From the NCBI RefSeq assembly GCF_009914755.1, contig NC_060945.1: 64,000 nucleotides of DNA. One strand, given 5' to 3'. Shown piece by piece: positions 15,341-29,199 of the stretch. The number at the start of each line of letters is the position of its first letter. Position 1 is the first letter of the stretch. The translations under genes were made by a program, and so were the position numbers. The DNA is from the human T2T-CHM13v2.0 reference genome, Homo sapiens. The notes beneath the pieces are model-generated. The model ran no database searches, had not been told where the DNA came from, and saw only the letters and a list, made by a program, of their open reading frames with translations.

Positions 15341-15622
15341 AAATACCTTTTATGAATTTATCTCTCTGTGGCCTCAATCATTTTGAAAGTTGATTTTTCA
15401 GAATCTTTTCTGGCTTTTCCCCAGATTCCAAGTAATATATAGTCTTTCTCCAAACACTCACCATTACTAGCTGTTTTCTTTACTTACTCTCTTTTCATAC
15501 TCTTCACCAACACCTCCTTCCCAAACCTGGGCTGCCTGCACATGGATCATTCTTTTTTCCTTTTTATATGGTCTGCTGAGAAGGATTATCTGTTTTCTTA
15601 TCTGAATGTGTTTCTTCTCAGG
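15337..15622 (-). repeat. Left arm of ~290-bp inverted duplication (partner 16653-16943)
   Basis: Reverse complement aligns end to end with 16653-16943; about 25 substitutions and 2 indels by hand (~91% identity). Confidence 0.95.
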
Positions 15623-16631
15623 AATAATTTTCCTCATGATCTCTTGAATATGTTTTTCGTATTGTTGTTAAATAATGTATGATGACTAAATGCCTACATT
15701 TTCTAAGACCAACAAATTTTTATAATTATACACATATTTTTATTTTCTCTTAATGCAAATTTTCAAATGGTCAAATGAAGTAAGAGCCTTGCTCAATTTA
15801 TTGACCTGCACTTTTACTCCTCATCTCTATTCCATGCTGAAGTAGAAGAAATCAAAGGATTTTCATGAAATCCTGTACATGATTTAAAATTGAAAACCTA
15901 TATTTTATATGTAATTTGTGCTTTAGTTTATCATTAAACAAAATATTAATCAATACTTTTTCAATAAAAATTTTGATCCACTTTGGTTCAGAAGCAAATT
16001 TAGAGTCATGTGATGACAATGATCCATGCTTACAGGACTGCTAGTTATATACGGATTATTCCTAACAACTTAACTACTGGTGGTCTTCTTATTATTCACT
16101 ATCCCATACATTTCTAAGTCATGTTCTCCAGCTAATAACAATGAAACTTTCATGTTAATCTTAGCTAAACTTGTTGGGGAAGTTATATCTTCTGGGATGA
16201 AGTAAAAAAAAAGTTATAGAATGTATTTGCAAGCCATATAGAAATAATATGTAGATTTATTAGCTTTGGGCATTGTAACTCACTTTTCCTCTATTGATTC
16301 AAATAATTCAAATAATTATCTGAGACAGTTTCATTAAAAAATAATGAATAAACTCAAAACTCATGGAATTTCTGGATCTAAGTGTAGACTTATAGTAAAG
16401 TTGTAAAATCACCTTGCTTTTGTAGTCTGACCATGATATGCATGGCAACTGGAGGAAACGTTTGAACCAGAATGAAGTGAACAAGCAAAGATTTTATTGC
16501 AATAAGAGATAATAAGAAAAATTCAGTTTTTAAGCTGTTTCTCTGAGCAATAGCCAAGGGCTATAAAAACATGTCTGTTGAGGGGATCATGGAGACAGAA
16601 TGTGGCTGAGAGAGACATGCAATAGAGTCGT

Positions 16632-16652
16632 TGTATTGGTCCATTTTCACAC
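16632..16652 (-). mobile_element. Displaced 21-bp 3' tail of a THE1 LTR
   Basis: tgtattggtccattttcacac; compare the antisense LTR start tgtattagtccgttttcac at 25564. Confidence 0.7.
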
Positions 16653-16943
16653 CCTGAGAAGAAACATATTCAGAAGGGGAAACAGATAATCCCTCTCAGC
16701 AGACCATATAAAAAAGAAAAAAGAACGATCCACGTGCTGGCAGCCCAGGTTTGGGAAGGAGGTGTTTGATGGTGAGGAGTATAAAAAGAGAGTAAGTAAA
16801 CAAAATAGCTAGTAATAGTGAGTATCTGGAGAAAGACCATAAGTTACTTGGAATCTGGGGAGAAGCCAGGAAAGATTCTGAAAAATCAGCTTTCAAAATG
16901 ATTGAGACTACAGAGAGATAAATTCATAAAAGGTATTTTTTTC
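16653..16943 (+). repeat. Right arm of ~290-bp inverted duplication (partner 15337-15622)
   Basis: Direct alignment with the reverse complement of 15337-15622. Confidence 0.95.
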
Positions 16944-17660
16944 TTTGTCTTCTATATCATGCAATGTTTAACTTTGCCATCCACATTTGGCTACAACAGA
17001 CTATGTATTTTGGTTGTTTGCATAGATTTCTTCTTATTGTGATTCTGTGCTGAGATGGATCACAGAATCGCTCAACTTTAATACTGTTGTAATTACCATT
17101 TATAGCTAATATCTATAAATAAGTAACAATCATGTAATATTTAATATATTCACATAAATATACATAAATCCTGTTCCATGAGAAATACAATGTGAAAAAC
17201 ATTTCAAATACCCTAATGTACATAGTTTAGTAATAATACTAAATTACCAGAAAATTATTGGTTTAATGACAATCACAACATAAATGCACACTTTTTTTTG
17301 ATAGAACAGTTTTAAATTTCTCATATAACCACTTTTATTTTTATATTAAAAGTGAAGATCCCACAGAAAATACAATGGTAATTGTGCTACAGCAACCTAT
17401 AAAAAGGATAACTAGAAAATATGACTTTGCACGCTGTATACTGCTATTTCAATTTCGTGGCTTATACATTTTAAGAAATTAAACTTTATTATTTCAAGAG
17501 GAAATTTATTTAAAAATCAATCGAAGAAAACTAAAAATTGTATAATAAAATATAGATATTATATGGACATTCACCTAAATGTGATATTAATAATACAAAT
17601 AGTTGAAATTGATTACATAGGGAACAAGTATTCATCCCATAACCTGTAGACAACATATCT

Positions 17661-17698
17661 TTAAGAGTCTCATGCTCTACTGACTGAGCTGGCTAGGC
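17661..17698 (-). pseudogene. 5'-half tRNA-Lys(CTT) retrocopy
   Basis: Minus strand GCCTAGCCAGCTCAGTCAGTAGAGCATGAGACTCTTAA versus tRNA-Lys GCCCGGCTAGCTCAGTCGGTAGAGCATGAGACTCTTAA; ends in the anticodon loop. Confidence 0.88.
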
Positions 17699-19289
17699 AG
17701 TCACAATATTTTAAAATTAACCAAAACAAATCAATAAATTAAAAAGTATATTTAAGTATGTCATGTTTTTCTAATTATTTTTTCATCTATATATTATTTG
17801 TATATGATTTATACATATATACTGTAGGTATATATATTAGACAGGTATGTTTTTTACATAAGTGTGGGGAGAGAGAAAAAGGAGGTATTTACTACTACCT
17901 AGTGATACTATTGCTAGCATCCAAATTGATAGGTTTAAACCCTAGATAAATGAAAAACTTTCCAAGGTTATTAGGGAGATGAACCACCAGAATATATTCT
18001 TATTCTTATGTAAACTAATGCAGTGTTAACATATTTCAAAGCATTGATTATGTTACAGTTTTATATTTCTTCCTCACAATAGCAAGAAGAGTAGGAATTA
18101 TATACTGTGCACAGTGATGTTTTTGCTTCTCTGAAGAGTTGAAGTCAAGAATACCATATTTAATCACAGAATATGAAATATAATAATTCACATATGAAAA
18201 AATATGCAAGACAGTTGAAAGAAAGAAATGAAAAATTAAAAGGCAGGAAGAAAAAAGAGAAGGAAGGGGAGGAGGGGAAGAGGGGTGGAGGGAGGGAGGG
18301 AAGGTTGTTAGCACCACACAAGCAAATAGAACACAGAAGACAGCACTATGCTTCCAAAGGCAAGAGAAAGCTATAACTTCCCCACTAACCTCCCAACCAC
18401 TTTAACCTCCCAGGCATAAGCAATTAGGTTTCAGGCCATCAGAGAATGATTAGTGGGTGAACCCAGGGCAGCAGTTATTGAGGTTAATTGAAGAGTAGAA
18501 AGCAGCAAGATTGGGACACTGATTGGTGGTTTTGGTGGGAGTGGTGGAGACTCAGGCCTTGCCAATGGGCAATGCCCCAGAAGGGAATCTCTGGGAGAAG
18601 AAGCCAGCCACTGCATATAGGCTAGAGGACAGAGGCCAGAGTCACTGAGTCACTGCTGGGATAGCTGGGCTCATTGAACAGGACCACCGGTAATGATGCC
18701 CACTTCTAAGGGACACGGGACACATGACCTGTCATTGCAGAAAATACCACTTAGCAGCAGTGTCAGGTGGCCAAAGAGGTGACAGCAAAGGTGACACTTA
18801 CTATGACTATAACTGAGCTTACATCAACTTTCCTATCAGTGTGAGTTCCTGGGTCCTGAGGTTTAAAACTTAAATAGAGTTGATTCCTAAAACCATCTCC
18901 AGTTCTAAATACACTATTTAATTTTGTGATTGGGCTAAAATGTTGTCACTGAAATTACTTTTACTGGAATAGTCCCTGGAATTATTTCAATGTACTCTTA
19001 CTAAAAATAAAATTTTTGACTTTGTATCTAACTAGCCGCATCCAAAGCGAGTTGATTTACCTTAAGTTAAACCATAGCCAAATTATACTTTAAGGGATTA
19101 GTTTATGTATTAAAGAGTTACATATATAAATACGTAGAATATTTAAGTCATTTGTATATAATTATGCTAATAAAAAGTTTAACTTCTATTAAGGGCCTGA
19201 GGAAAAAAATGTATTCAAAGATTTGGGACATTGGAGAAATAGAATGCTATATCCACTGTAGCCGTATGACCAAATTGTGACTTTATAGA

Positions 19290-19880
19290 CACACTTGGAA
19301 TAGAAAAGAACCCTTCAGGGCATCTGATTTGAAATTTCTTCTCTAGCATCTAACACTCCTGCTGATGCAGGAATTATTACATCCCATGGTCTTGCCTCTC
19401 CAGAGGCAGTCAGAAGCATTTTTAAGCAGCTCGATTAGAAAAATCTTCCTTATGTTAATCTGAAATAATTCTCCTAGACATTTTTTCACTTTCTTTATTC
19501 TAGTCTAAAACTGTAAGTCCACAAGGAATAAATTAAATGCCTCTTGCACAGGAAAGCTCTTGGTTTGTTCAGGAGGAGCCCTCAAACTTCCCTGTAGCCT
19601 TCCCTTCTATAGACCCAACAGCATAATTCTTTCAAGGAAGCATCATCTGTCATGCTTTCAACTCCCTTTATAATTCTAATCCCCTAACCTCTGAATGTCT
19701 TCCAGTTTGTCAATATCTCTCTTAAAGCCTGATGCTAAGCAAAATGTTCCAGCTAAGATAAAACAAAATGAATGGAAAACAGAACCATCCCTTCCATTAT
19801 TCTATACATTGATCAACGTAGCCAAGATCAAATTAACTGTTCTAGAAAGTGTCAATTACTATTACTCCTATCGGTGATGC
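19290..19880 (-). mobile_element. L3/CR1-like LINE relic
   Basis: Degenerate CR1-type 3' sequence (tccagtttgtcaatatctctcttaaag...gtagccaagatc). Confidence 0.5.
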
Positions 19881-20192
19881 GGCTCACTCTGTACATGTCA
19901 ATTAATCTTCAGTATAGTTTTTGAAAAGAAGAGAAATAGAGACTATATATGATGTCTCTTAATCCTCTATTAAAATACAAAAACGTTCACCATTCCATCT
20001 TAACAGGACTCCAGAAGTAATTTCTGCTATTTCTGGAGTGTTATTTCAGCAACTCACACTCAAGGGGTTGCCTTTACTCAATGCAAAAAAAGAGAAAAGC
20101 AACTCTAAGTCTACCAAGTGTGCAATACAAGCACCTGTTGCAGGGAAGGTAGTTGGCACTAAAGTTGGGCACTGAAGTACAGAGCATCTCAC

Positions 20193-20240
20193 CTTTCTTT
20201 GTTGTCTCCTTAAAGCGACCCAGCAGATCAAGATTAGCAC
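20193..20240 (-). other. Candidate 48-nt exon
   Basis: tttgtcacttttgaag acceptor and strong AAG|gtgaga donor; open in two frames (VLILICWVALRRQQRK or ANLDLLGRFKETTKK). Confidence 0.4.
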
Positions 20241-21269
20241 CTTCAAAAGTGACAAATCCCACACATAAAAAATATTTTTCTACAAACCGTCCAAAACCAA
20301 TTTTATGAGCCAGATATTCATGGAAAAATGGTGTTTGTTTTGCTATTCTGGCATCATTCCCCTTAGTCATTTGAAAACAAGAAAATAAACACATTTAAAA
20401 GATATTTTTTCATCAACAGGATTGAAAAAGAGCAGCACTGAATAGAACTTTAAAAACTGTGATTTTGATGAAGGATTATCTTAATTTCAAGTAAATTTCT
20501 GTATAATAATCAAGACAGACAGGTACATAAGGAAAAATGCCAGAAATAAATATAACTGCTAACATGCATTATCTTCTTATTCATCATTTGTGTGTGTGCC
20601 TAAAAATAAAAATATCATTAAAAATAAGCTAGTCACTTGATTTTTTGTGTGTGTTCTAATCAAAGTCCCCACAGTCATAGTACCTACCAGGTCTCTTACC
20701 TCTTGTCTATCATTTTAAGTCCTTCATCCCCAAATCATGTAATCAAGCTAGTATTCAGACAAACAACCACTTTCCTCCACAGGTCACTTAGCAATGAATG
20801 CATCCATTGCTCGACTAAGATTACTCTGAGCAAATATTTTAGAGTGTCTATTCCTAGAGAATTGTACTAGCAGCTACAACAAGAACAGACTCTTCTTCAT
20901 GGGCTAATAATGTAATACTTGTGACAAACTTTATTGCAGCTATTAATACAAGATCCATACTAGTTTCTGTTAATTATGTCTTTATTTACATGAACCAAAG
21001 AGTCAGCAATTTCAAATAAAAAAGTACCTTAGACATCATCTGACCCAATTCCCTCTCTGCCTAGGTAGGACACTAAAGCCCAGAGAGGCTTGTCAGGAAG
21101 CCATATAACCCCAAATTGTCTACTGAGTCATGTTTACTTTCAATAAGCAACCTACCACTTCTATAAGGTATAAGAAGTAGAATTAAATATACTATTTTGA
21201 ATAATGATTAAAGAGGCAAAGAACATTTCCTAAGCATTGAGACATTTTTCAATTGTGTCTTGTTTCTAC

Positions 21270-22000
21270 CTGCGTAACCTTTATAGAATATTCTCCACTA
21301 GCCACCTTTACCTAAATGACTCTAACTTGTCTTTAGAACTCAGCTCAGAGGTCATTTCCTCAAAAAAGTCTTCTGTCACCCCCAGCATTAAATTAAATGT
21401 CTATGTTATACAGTGATATGGTTTGGCTGTATCCCAACCTAAATCGCATCTTGAATTGTATAATAATCCCCACATGTCATGGGAGGGCCCTGGTGGGAGG
21501 TAATTGAATCACGATGAGGGTTACCCTCATGCTGTTCTCATGATACTGAGTGAGTTCTCATGAGATCTGATGGTTTTATAAGGGGCTTCCCCTGCTGCTT
21601 TGCTCAGCACTTCCCCTTCCTGCTGCCATGAGAAGAAGAACATGTTTGCTTCCCTTTCCACCATGATTGTAAGTATCCCGAGGCCTCCCCAGACGTGTAG
21701 AACTGTGAGGCAATTAAACCTCCTTTCTTTATAAATTACCTAGTCTCAGGTATGTCTTTATTAGCAGCATGAGAACAGACTAATACATATAATTTTCTTG
21801 TCCCACCTTTACTCATAGCATTTGTCACATTTATAATTGTACATTCATCTGTGGTTGTGTGATTAACATCTGTCACCCCTACTAGACTCAAAATTCAGTG
21901 AATCAGAAATAGCATCTCTGAATTTGCCCATTATTGCACATGAGCTCTTAGACCATGGTTCCAGCACCCAGTAGGTACCCAGTATATACTATTGCATATC
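21270..22000 (+). mobile_element. L2 3' end split by a THE1 LTR
   Basis: L2 motifs actcagctcagaggtcatttcctc, catagcatttgtcac, cccctactagac, gcacccagtaggt. Confidence 0.65.
21414..21787 (+). mobile_element. THE1D-like solo LTR
   Basis: tgatatggtttggctgt...gaacagactaataca, 374 bp. Confidence 0.9.
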
Positions 22001-23665
22001 TAGTCAACCTCCCAAGCAGACTTGTGTAACTTTGGAATAAATCACAAAGTTTAGAAGACTACCAGAGACACTGCTTATTTCTGAGCCCCAGTTTGAAAAT
22101 GTTTGAAAGTTTTCTTTTGAATTCTAAGAAAAAAAAAAGCTGAAAAATGTCCATAGTAATTAAATAGGGAAATTTCTTTCCACAGTGACCTCTAAATTAA
22201 CTTCTTGTATCTTTAACCTGTTCTGTTTTTGCAATAACTTCCATACTGTCTCTGATTTTCAAAAGACCTAGAGATCATGGAGAAGACTCAGAGAAATTCC
22301 AAATGCATCTCAAAGAAAGAAAGAAAGAAAACAGAAAACCCAATAATTATAAGATTATGTTACTTTCTCATTCACACTTCATTTGCAATTCATCTTGACA
22401 CCAACTATTTAAAAAATGGGTGAGTTCATCAGTATCCAATCACAGTTCTGAGGGGGAGAACATTTGTTGATTTTTTTCTTTATTTAGTTAAAAAATAATC
22501 CATAACATAAGGTTTTGTGGTTATGTCTAAACCCAGCAGTGACTTTATCGTCTTTTTTCTTGCTTTCACTCCTTTGAGTCCTGGTTCAGTTTTGCTCCAT
22601 ATTTTCATAAGTTTCATTTCTGAGTCCCAACCTTTCTCTTTTTCTCCCCTGGGATTTCCTTATGAAAAATGTCTTCAGGCTTTTTATTTTTCTATAAGTA
22701 TTTGGAAAACATTTATTGAGGACCTACAACTTTATGTTTGGTATTTTTTATATTGATGACATTCCAAAGCTTATTGGGTTTATTCTATAATTTACTCATT
22801 TTCTTATTTCCTCTGGTATTTTCCAGTGCTACTTAAACATTTTTTAACCAATAAAGCTATTTTTTGTAATTTATAAGACAAAAGCTCAAGTAACTGAATT
22901 CACAAAAGCTATCAGAGGGTTATATTATATGCACATTAATCCTGTTTAAAATGATCAGCTTCCTTGCTATACACAAATTTCCAAATAGTGGCATCTAGGT
23001 CATCTTTGCACCTGTTCTTTCATCACAGATACACCCTCATTAAAGGGACTTCTTATTGCTTTCCTTATCACCATTTCCTGGTCATGGCCATATGTCAAAG
23101 CAAATGTTGACCTTGTTGTGTCACCAAATGAAAATTCTAGAAGTCAGGCCTTTAGATGTGAAATTTGTTAAAATCTCTCTCTTAATTTACCACTTGCTTC
23201 TTTTCCTTCATAACTTATGCTTTCTTTCTTTTATTAGAGAAGAAAGTTTTCTGACCCTGAGCATTTTTCCAGTTGTCACAAAAATGAGCCTAGCTCATAA
23301 AATTTGTCTTTTCCAAGTTCATTTTCCTTTTGAACATTTATAGCTATGATTCTCTTATTTCATCTTTTTCAAAGTCATTATAGATTATACTCTATTCATT
23401 TCATGTTTGTACTAAGTTGAATTTAATAAACCAATGTGCTAATTCCTCTTTTTCAAAATCCGAATAATGACTGTAATTTCCTTTTCAAATATTTGAAAAT
23501 GCTATTTCAGTCTTCTGTTTGTAATGCTTCCTTTTTTATTGCTTCTCTCTGGACAGTACTTTAAAATTATACTCTATAAAATAAGATATTCATAATTAAT
23601 ACTTTCCACATGCTGACATATATTTACCCCAAACTGTAATCCCAGACTTTCAAATATGAATTTTT

Positions 23666-24180
23666 AAACTTTAATTTTAATTTCAAGTGCAGGTTTGTTA
23701 CATAGTTAAACTTGTGTTATGGGGGTTTGTTGTACAGATTATTTCATCACCCGGGTATAAAGCCTAGTACACTTTTGTTATTTTACCTGATCCTCTCCCT
23801 TCTCTCACCCTCCATTCTCCAAAAGGCCCCAGTATGTATTGTTCCCCTCTACGTGTTCATTTGTTCTCATCAGTTAGCTCCCACTTATAAGGGAGAACAC
23901 GTAGCATTTGGTTTTCAGTTCCTGTATTAGTTTGCTAAGTATAATATGGCCAAAGGAATATGAATCATTCTATTATAAAGACACATGCACAAGCATGTGT
24001 ATATTTATTGCAGCACTATTCACAATAGCAAAGACATGGAATCAACCTAAATATCTATCAATGATAGACTGGATAAAGAAAATGTACATATACACCATAG
24101 AATACTATGCAACTATAAAAAAAATATGAGATCATGTCCTTTGCAGGAACATGGTTGGAGCTGGAGGCCATTCTCCTTAG
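23666..24180 (-). mobile_element. 5'-inverted (twin-primed) L1PA13-like 3' end
   Basis: Antisense 3'UTR at 23666-~23950 joined to a sense ORF2-end piece at ~23951-24180; TSD caaatatgaattttt at 23651-23665 and 24181-24195. Confidence 0.88.
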
Positions 24181-24641
24181 CAAATATGAATTTTTTATGC
24201 CTCTCATGCTGTTATCAGGACAACTGTGGTTGGCAGACAAAATGAACACCAAGGTGTATTTATAAAACTATTATTAAACTTATATAAATAGATCTCATAA
24301 ATGACGTCCGTATCTTTCACATGAATTATACTCAACATCTAATACCTACTTGTAGAACCTGAATGACTAAAAGCAAAGCCTGTGGGGTTAGCAGATGTAG
24401 ATCTGACTCTTGAGGTATACAATTCTAAATCATATAAAGCCTTGAAATTTAATATAGAAAGAAAAACTCTCACTTGATGTCATTCATATAGATTTTTTCC
24501 TAAATTTCTTTTTAAGGCTAGATGATTTGGAATAACTGATAACTTTCCTTTGCCACATTTATTCCTACCAGATTGAGTTGAACACCTGCCTTAAGGGCTT
24601 AGCTTCCTGTTTTCTTAAGGGAGTTATAATTCCTTAAGAGA

Positions 24642-25515
<874 letters not shown>

Positions 25516-25563
25516 AGAGAGATGAGCATGAAAAAGTTTATTTTAAAAATTATTATTCTAATG

Positions 25564-25916
25564 TGTATTAGTCCGTTTTCACGGTGCTGATAAAGACATA
25601 CCCAAGACTGGGCAATTTACAAAAGAAAGAGGTTTAATTGGACTTATAGTTCCACATGTCTGGGGAAGCCTCACAATCATGGCAGAAGGCAAGGAGGTGC
25701 AAGTCACGTCTTACATGGATGGCATCAGGCAAAGAGAGAACTTGTGCAGGGGACCTCCTTTTTTAAAACCATCAGATCTCATGAGACTTATTCACTATCA
25801 TGAGAACAGCATGAGAAAGACTTGCCCCATGATTCAATTACTTCTCACTGGCTCCCTACCACAACACATTGGAATTCAAGATGAGATTTGGGTGGGGACA
25901 CAGGCAAACCAAATCA
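25564..25916 (-). mobile_element. THE1 solo LTR
   Basis: tgtattagtccgttttc...aaaccaaatca; 5-bp TSD taatg/caatg. Confidence 0.92.
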
Positions 25917-26536
25917 CAATGTTTTGCAGAAATCTAGGAAATTTAAGATTTTTCCTCTAATGTTAGATCTGAAGATTTTTCAGTTTAAGGATAAGGTCAT
26001 GAGACAATGTAGTTCTAGAGTTCTCCCCAGACAGAGAGCAAAGGTTATGAACTAATGAATGCCTCTTGTTTTGATAAAATCTCTTCAACCTCACTTCTCT
26101 TGTCAAACAGTGAACTCGGGTATTGTATTAAGACAAAGATGAAAATGTGAAATTGAGACATCACCGTAAATTGTGTGCTTAGAAAGCCTATGAAAGCTTC
26201 ATTCATTGAGTGCAACTTGGACTAGAATGTTGCTTGACGTCCATAGCATGGGGCAACACCCTGTAGCCAATGAAATCTAAATATGATGTCAAATTGTCTC
26301 TGCTCTCTCCATTTTTTAGTTATATCAGGATTTCAAAAAGGTTATCAGTTCCAAGAGGAAATTTATAATAATCTTAAAAGTAATATCTTAAAATAATATT
26401 TTAAGTAATTTACTTAAAAGTAAAGTGAGATATTATTTAACATTATTTAATTCTTGAGATACTTTTTAAGAGATATTATTTATTTAATTCTTAAAGTAAC
26501 TCTAAGAATTAAATATGAAAATGCTAAAACAAGTGG

Positions 26537-28710
26537 TGATATGATTTGGCTTTGTGTTCCTACCCAAATCTCATCTTGTAACTCTCATAATTCTCATAAT
26601 TCCCACATGTTGTGGGAGGGACCCAGTGGAAGATAATTAAATAATGGAAGCAGTTCTTTTCCCTGTGTTGTTCTCATAAGAGTGAATAAGTCTCACTAGG
26701 TTTAATGTTTTTAAAAACAGGAGTTTCCTTGTACAAACTCTCTTATCTGCTGCCATGTGAGACATGCCCTTCACCTTCTGCCATGATTGTAAGGCCTCCC
26801 CAGCCACATGGAACTGTTGAGTCCATTAAACCTCTTTCTTTCGTAAATTGTCCAGTCTCAGGTATGTCTTTATCAGCAGTGTGAAAGCAGACTAATACAG
26901 TAAATTGGTACCAGGAGTGGGGTGTTGCTGAAAAGATACCTGAAAATGTGGAAGTGACTTTGGAACTGGGTAATAGCCAGAGGTTGGAACAGTTTGGAAG
27001 GCTCAGAAGAAGACAGGAAAATGTGGGAAAGTTTGGTACTCCCTAGAGACTTGTTGAATGGCTTTGACCAAAATGCTGATAATGATATAGACAATGAAAT
27101 CCAGGCTAAGGAGGTCTCAGATGGAGATGAGGAACTTGTCGGGAACCAGAGCAAAGGTGACTTTTGTTATGTTTTAGCAAAGAGACTGGCGACATTTTGC
27201 CCATGCCCTAGAGATTTGTGGAACTTTGAACTTGAGAGAGATGATTTAAGCTATCTGGTAGAAGACATTTCTAAGCAGCAAAGCATTCAAGAGGTGACTT
27301 GGGTGCTGTTAAAAGCATTTGGTTTCAAAGAAAAACAGAGCACGAAAGTTTAGAAAATTTGCAGCCTGACAATGCAATAGAAGGGAAAATTCCATTTTCT
27401 GAGAGAAATTCAAGCTGGCTGCAGAAATTTGCATAAGTAACAAGGAGCTATATGTTAAATTTCATAGGCTGGGCCCAGGGTCCCCTTGCTGTGTGTAGCC
27501 TAGGGACTTGGTCCGCTGTGTCCCAGCCACTCCACCCATGGCTAAAAGGACCCAGTGTAGAGCTCAGGCCATGGCTTTGAAGGGTACAAGCCCCAAGCCT
27601 TGGCAGCTTCCACATGATGTTGAGCCTGCAAGTGCACAGAAGTCAATGATTCAGGTTTGGGAACCTCTGCTTAGATTTCAGAGGATGTATGGAAATGCCT
27701 GGATGTCCAGGCAGAAGTTTGCTGTGGGGCAGGGCCCTCATGGAGAAACTATGCTAGGGCGGTGTGGAAGGGAAATGTGGGGTCAGAGCCCCTACACAGA
27801 GTTCCTACTGGGGCACTGCCTAGTGGAGCTCTGAAAAGAGGACCACCATCCTCTAAACCCCAGAATGGTAGATCCATGGATAGCTTGCACTGTACACCTG
27901 GAAAAGTGGCAGACACTCAATGCCAGCCCATCAAAGCTTCTGAGAGGGAGGCTATACCCTGCAAAGCCACAGGGCCAGAGCTTCCCAAGACCATGGAGCC
28001 CACCTCTTGCATCAGCATGACCTAGATGTGAGACATGGAGTCAAAGAAGATCATTTTGGAGCTTTAAGATTTGATGGCCCTGCTGGATTTTTGATTTGCT
28101 TTGGGCCTGTAGCCCCTTTGTTTTGGCCAATTTATCCCATGTAGAATGGCTGTATTTACCCAGCGCTTGTACACCCATTGTATCTAGGAAGTAATTAACT
28201 TGCTTTTGATTTTACAGACTCATAGGTGGAAGGAATGAGACTTTGGACTGTGAACTTTTGAGTTAATGCTGAAATGAATTAAATCTTTGGGGATTGTTAG
28301 GAAGGCATGATTGGTTTTGAAATGTGAGGACATGAAATTTGGGAGATGCCAGGGTGGAAAGATATGGTTTGGCTCTGTGTCCCCACCCAAATCTCATCTT
28401 GTAACTCCCATAATTCCCACGTGTTGTGGGAGGGACCTGGTGAGAGATAACTGAATCATGGGGGCGGGTCTTTCTTGTGCTGTTCTCATGATAGTAAGTC
28501 TCACGAGATCTGATGGTTTTAAAAACTGGAGTTTCCTTTTACAAACTCTCTTCTCTTGTCTGCTGGCATGGAAGACATGTCTTTCAGCTTCCATCATGAT
28601 TGTGAGGCCTCCCCAGCCACATGGAGCTGTAAGTCCTTTAAACCTCTTCCTTTTATAAATTGCCTAGTCTCAGATATGTCTTTATCAGCAGCATGAAATA
28701 AACTAATACA
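26537..28710 (+). mobile_element. Complete THE1 provirus (LTRs 26537-26899 and 28360-28710)
   Basis: Two direct LTRs around a ~1.46-kb internal region with a ~100-bp deletion near 27460 relative to the 13191 copy. Confidence 0.95.
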
Positions 28711-28761
28711 GATGGTTATTATTGTTATTGTTATCCATTTCTTTTTTTAAGTCTAAGGTAT

Positions 28762-29170
28762 CACTTTTTTGTCAGGTTTCAACTAGAGAAACAGAACCAG
28801 CAGGAAGTATATATTAAGAAATTTATTGCAAGGAATTGTCTTTCTTGATTTGGGAGTCTGGTTAGGCAGATTCAAAATCCATAGGGATGGCTGTCAGAAA
28901 GTGGAGGCTGAAACTTTCGTGCAGGAGTTGAAGCTATAAATCCACAAACAGAATTCCTTTTGGTCCTGAAAAACCTCAGTTCTGCTCTTAAGGCCCTTAA
29001 ACTGCTTGAATTGGGTTTACCCAGGTTATCTAAAATAATCACTTCAAATCAACTGATTATAAATATTACTCACATCTATAAAATACCTTCACAGCACCAC
29101 CTACACTAGTGTTTGCATGAATGACTGGTAATGCATCCTTCCCAAGGTTACACATAAAACTGACCATCAT
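28762..29170 (-). mobile_element. Old MLT2-family (ERVL) LTR
   Basis: tcagg...agagaaacagaaccagcagga at left and acacataaaactgaccatca at right. Confidence 0.7.
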
Positions 29171-29199
29171 AATAAGATATCCATTGTTAATGGCCTTAA

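Noticed and set aside
26795-28620. PRDM9-like 13-mer in THE1 LTRs
   Set aside because: The copies read CCTCCCCAGCCAC and lack the T at position 7 of CCNCCNTNNCCNC
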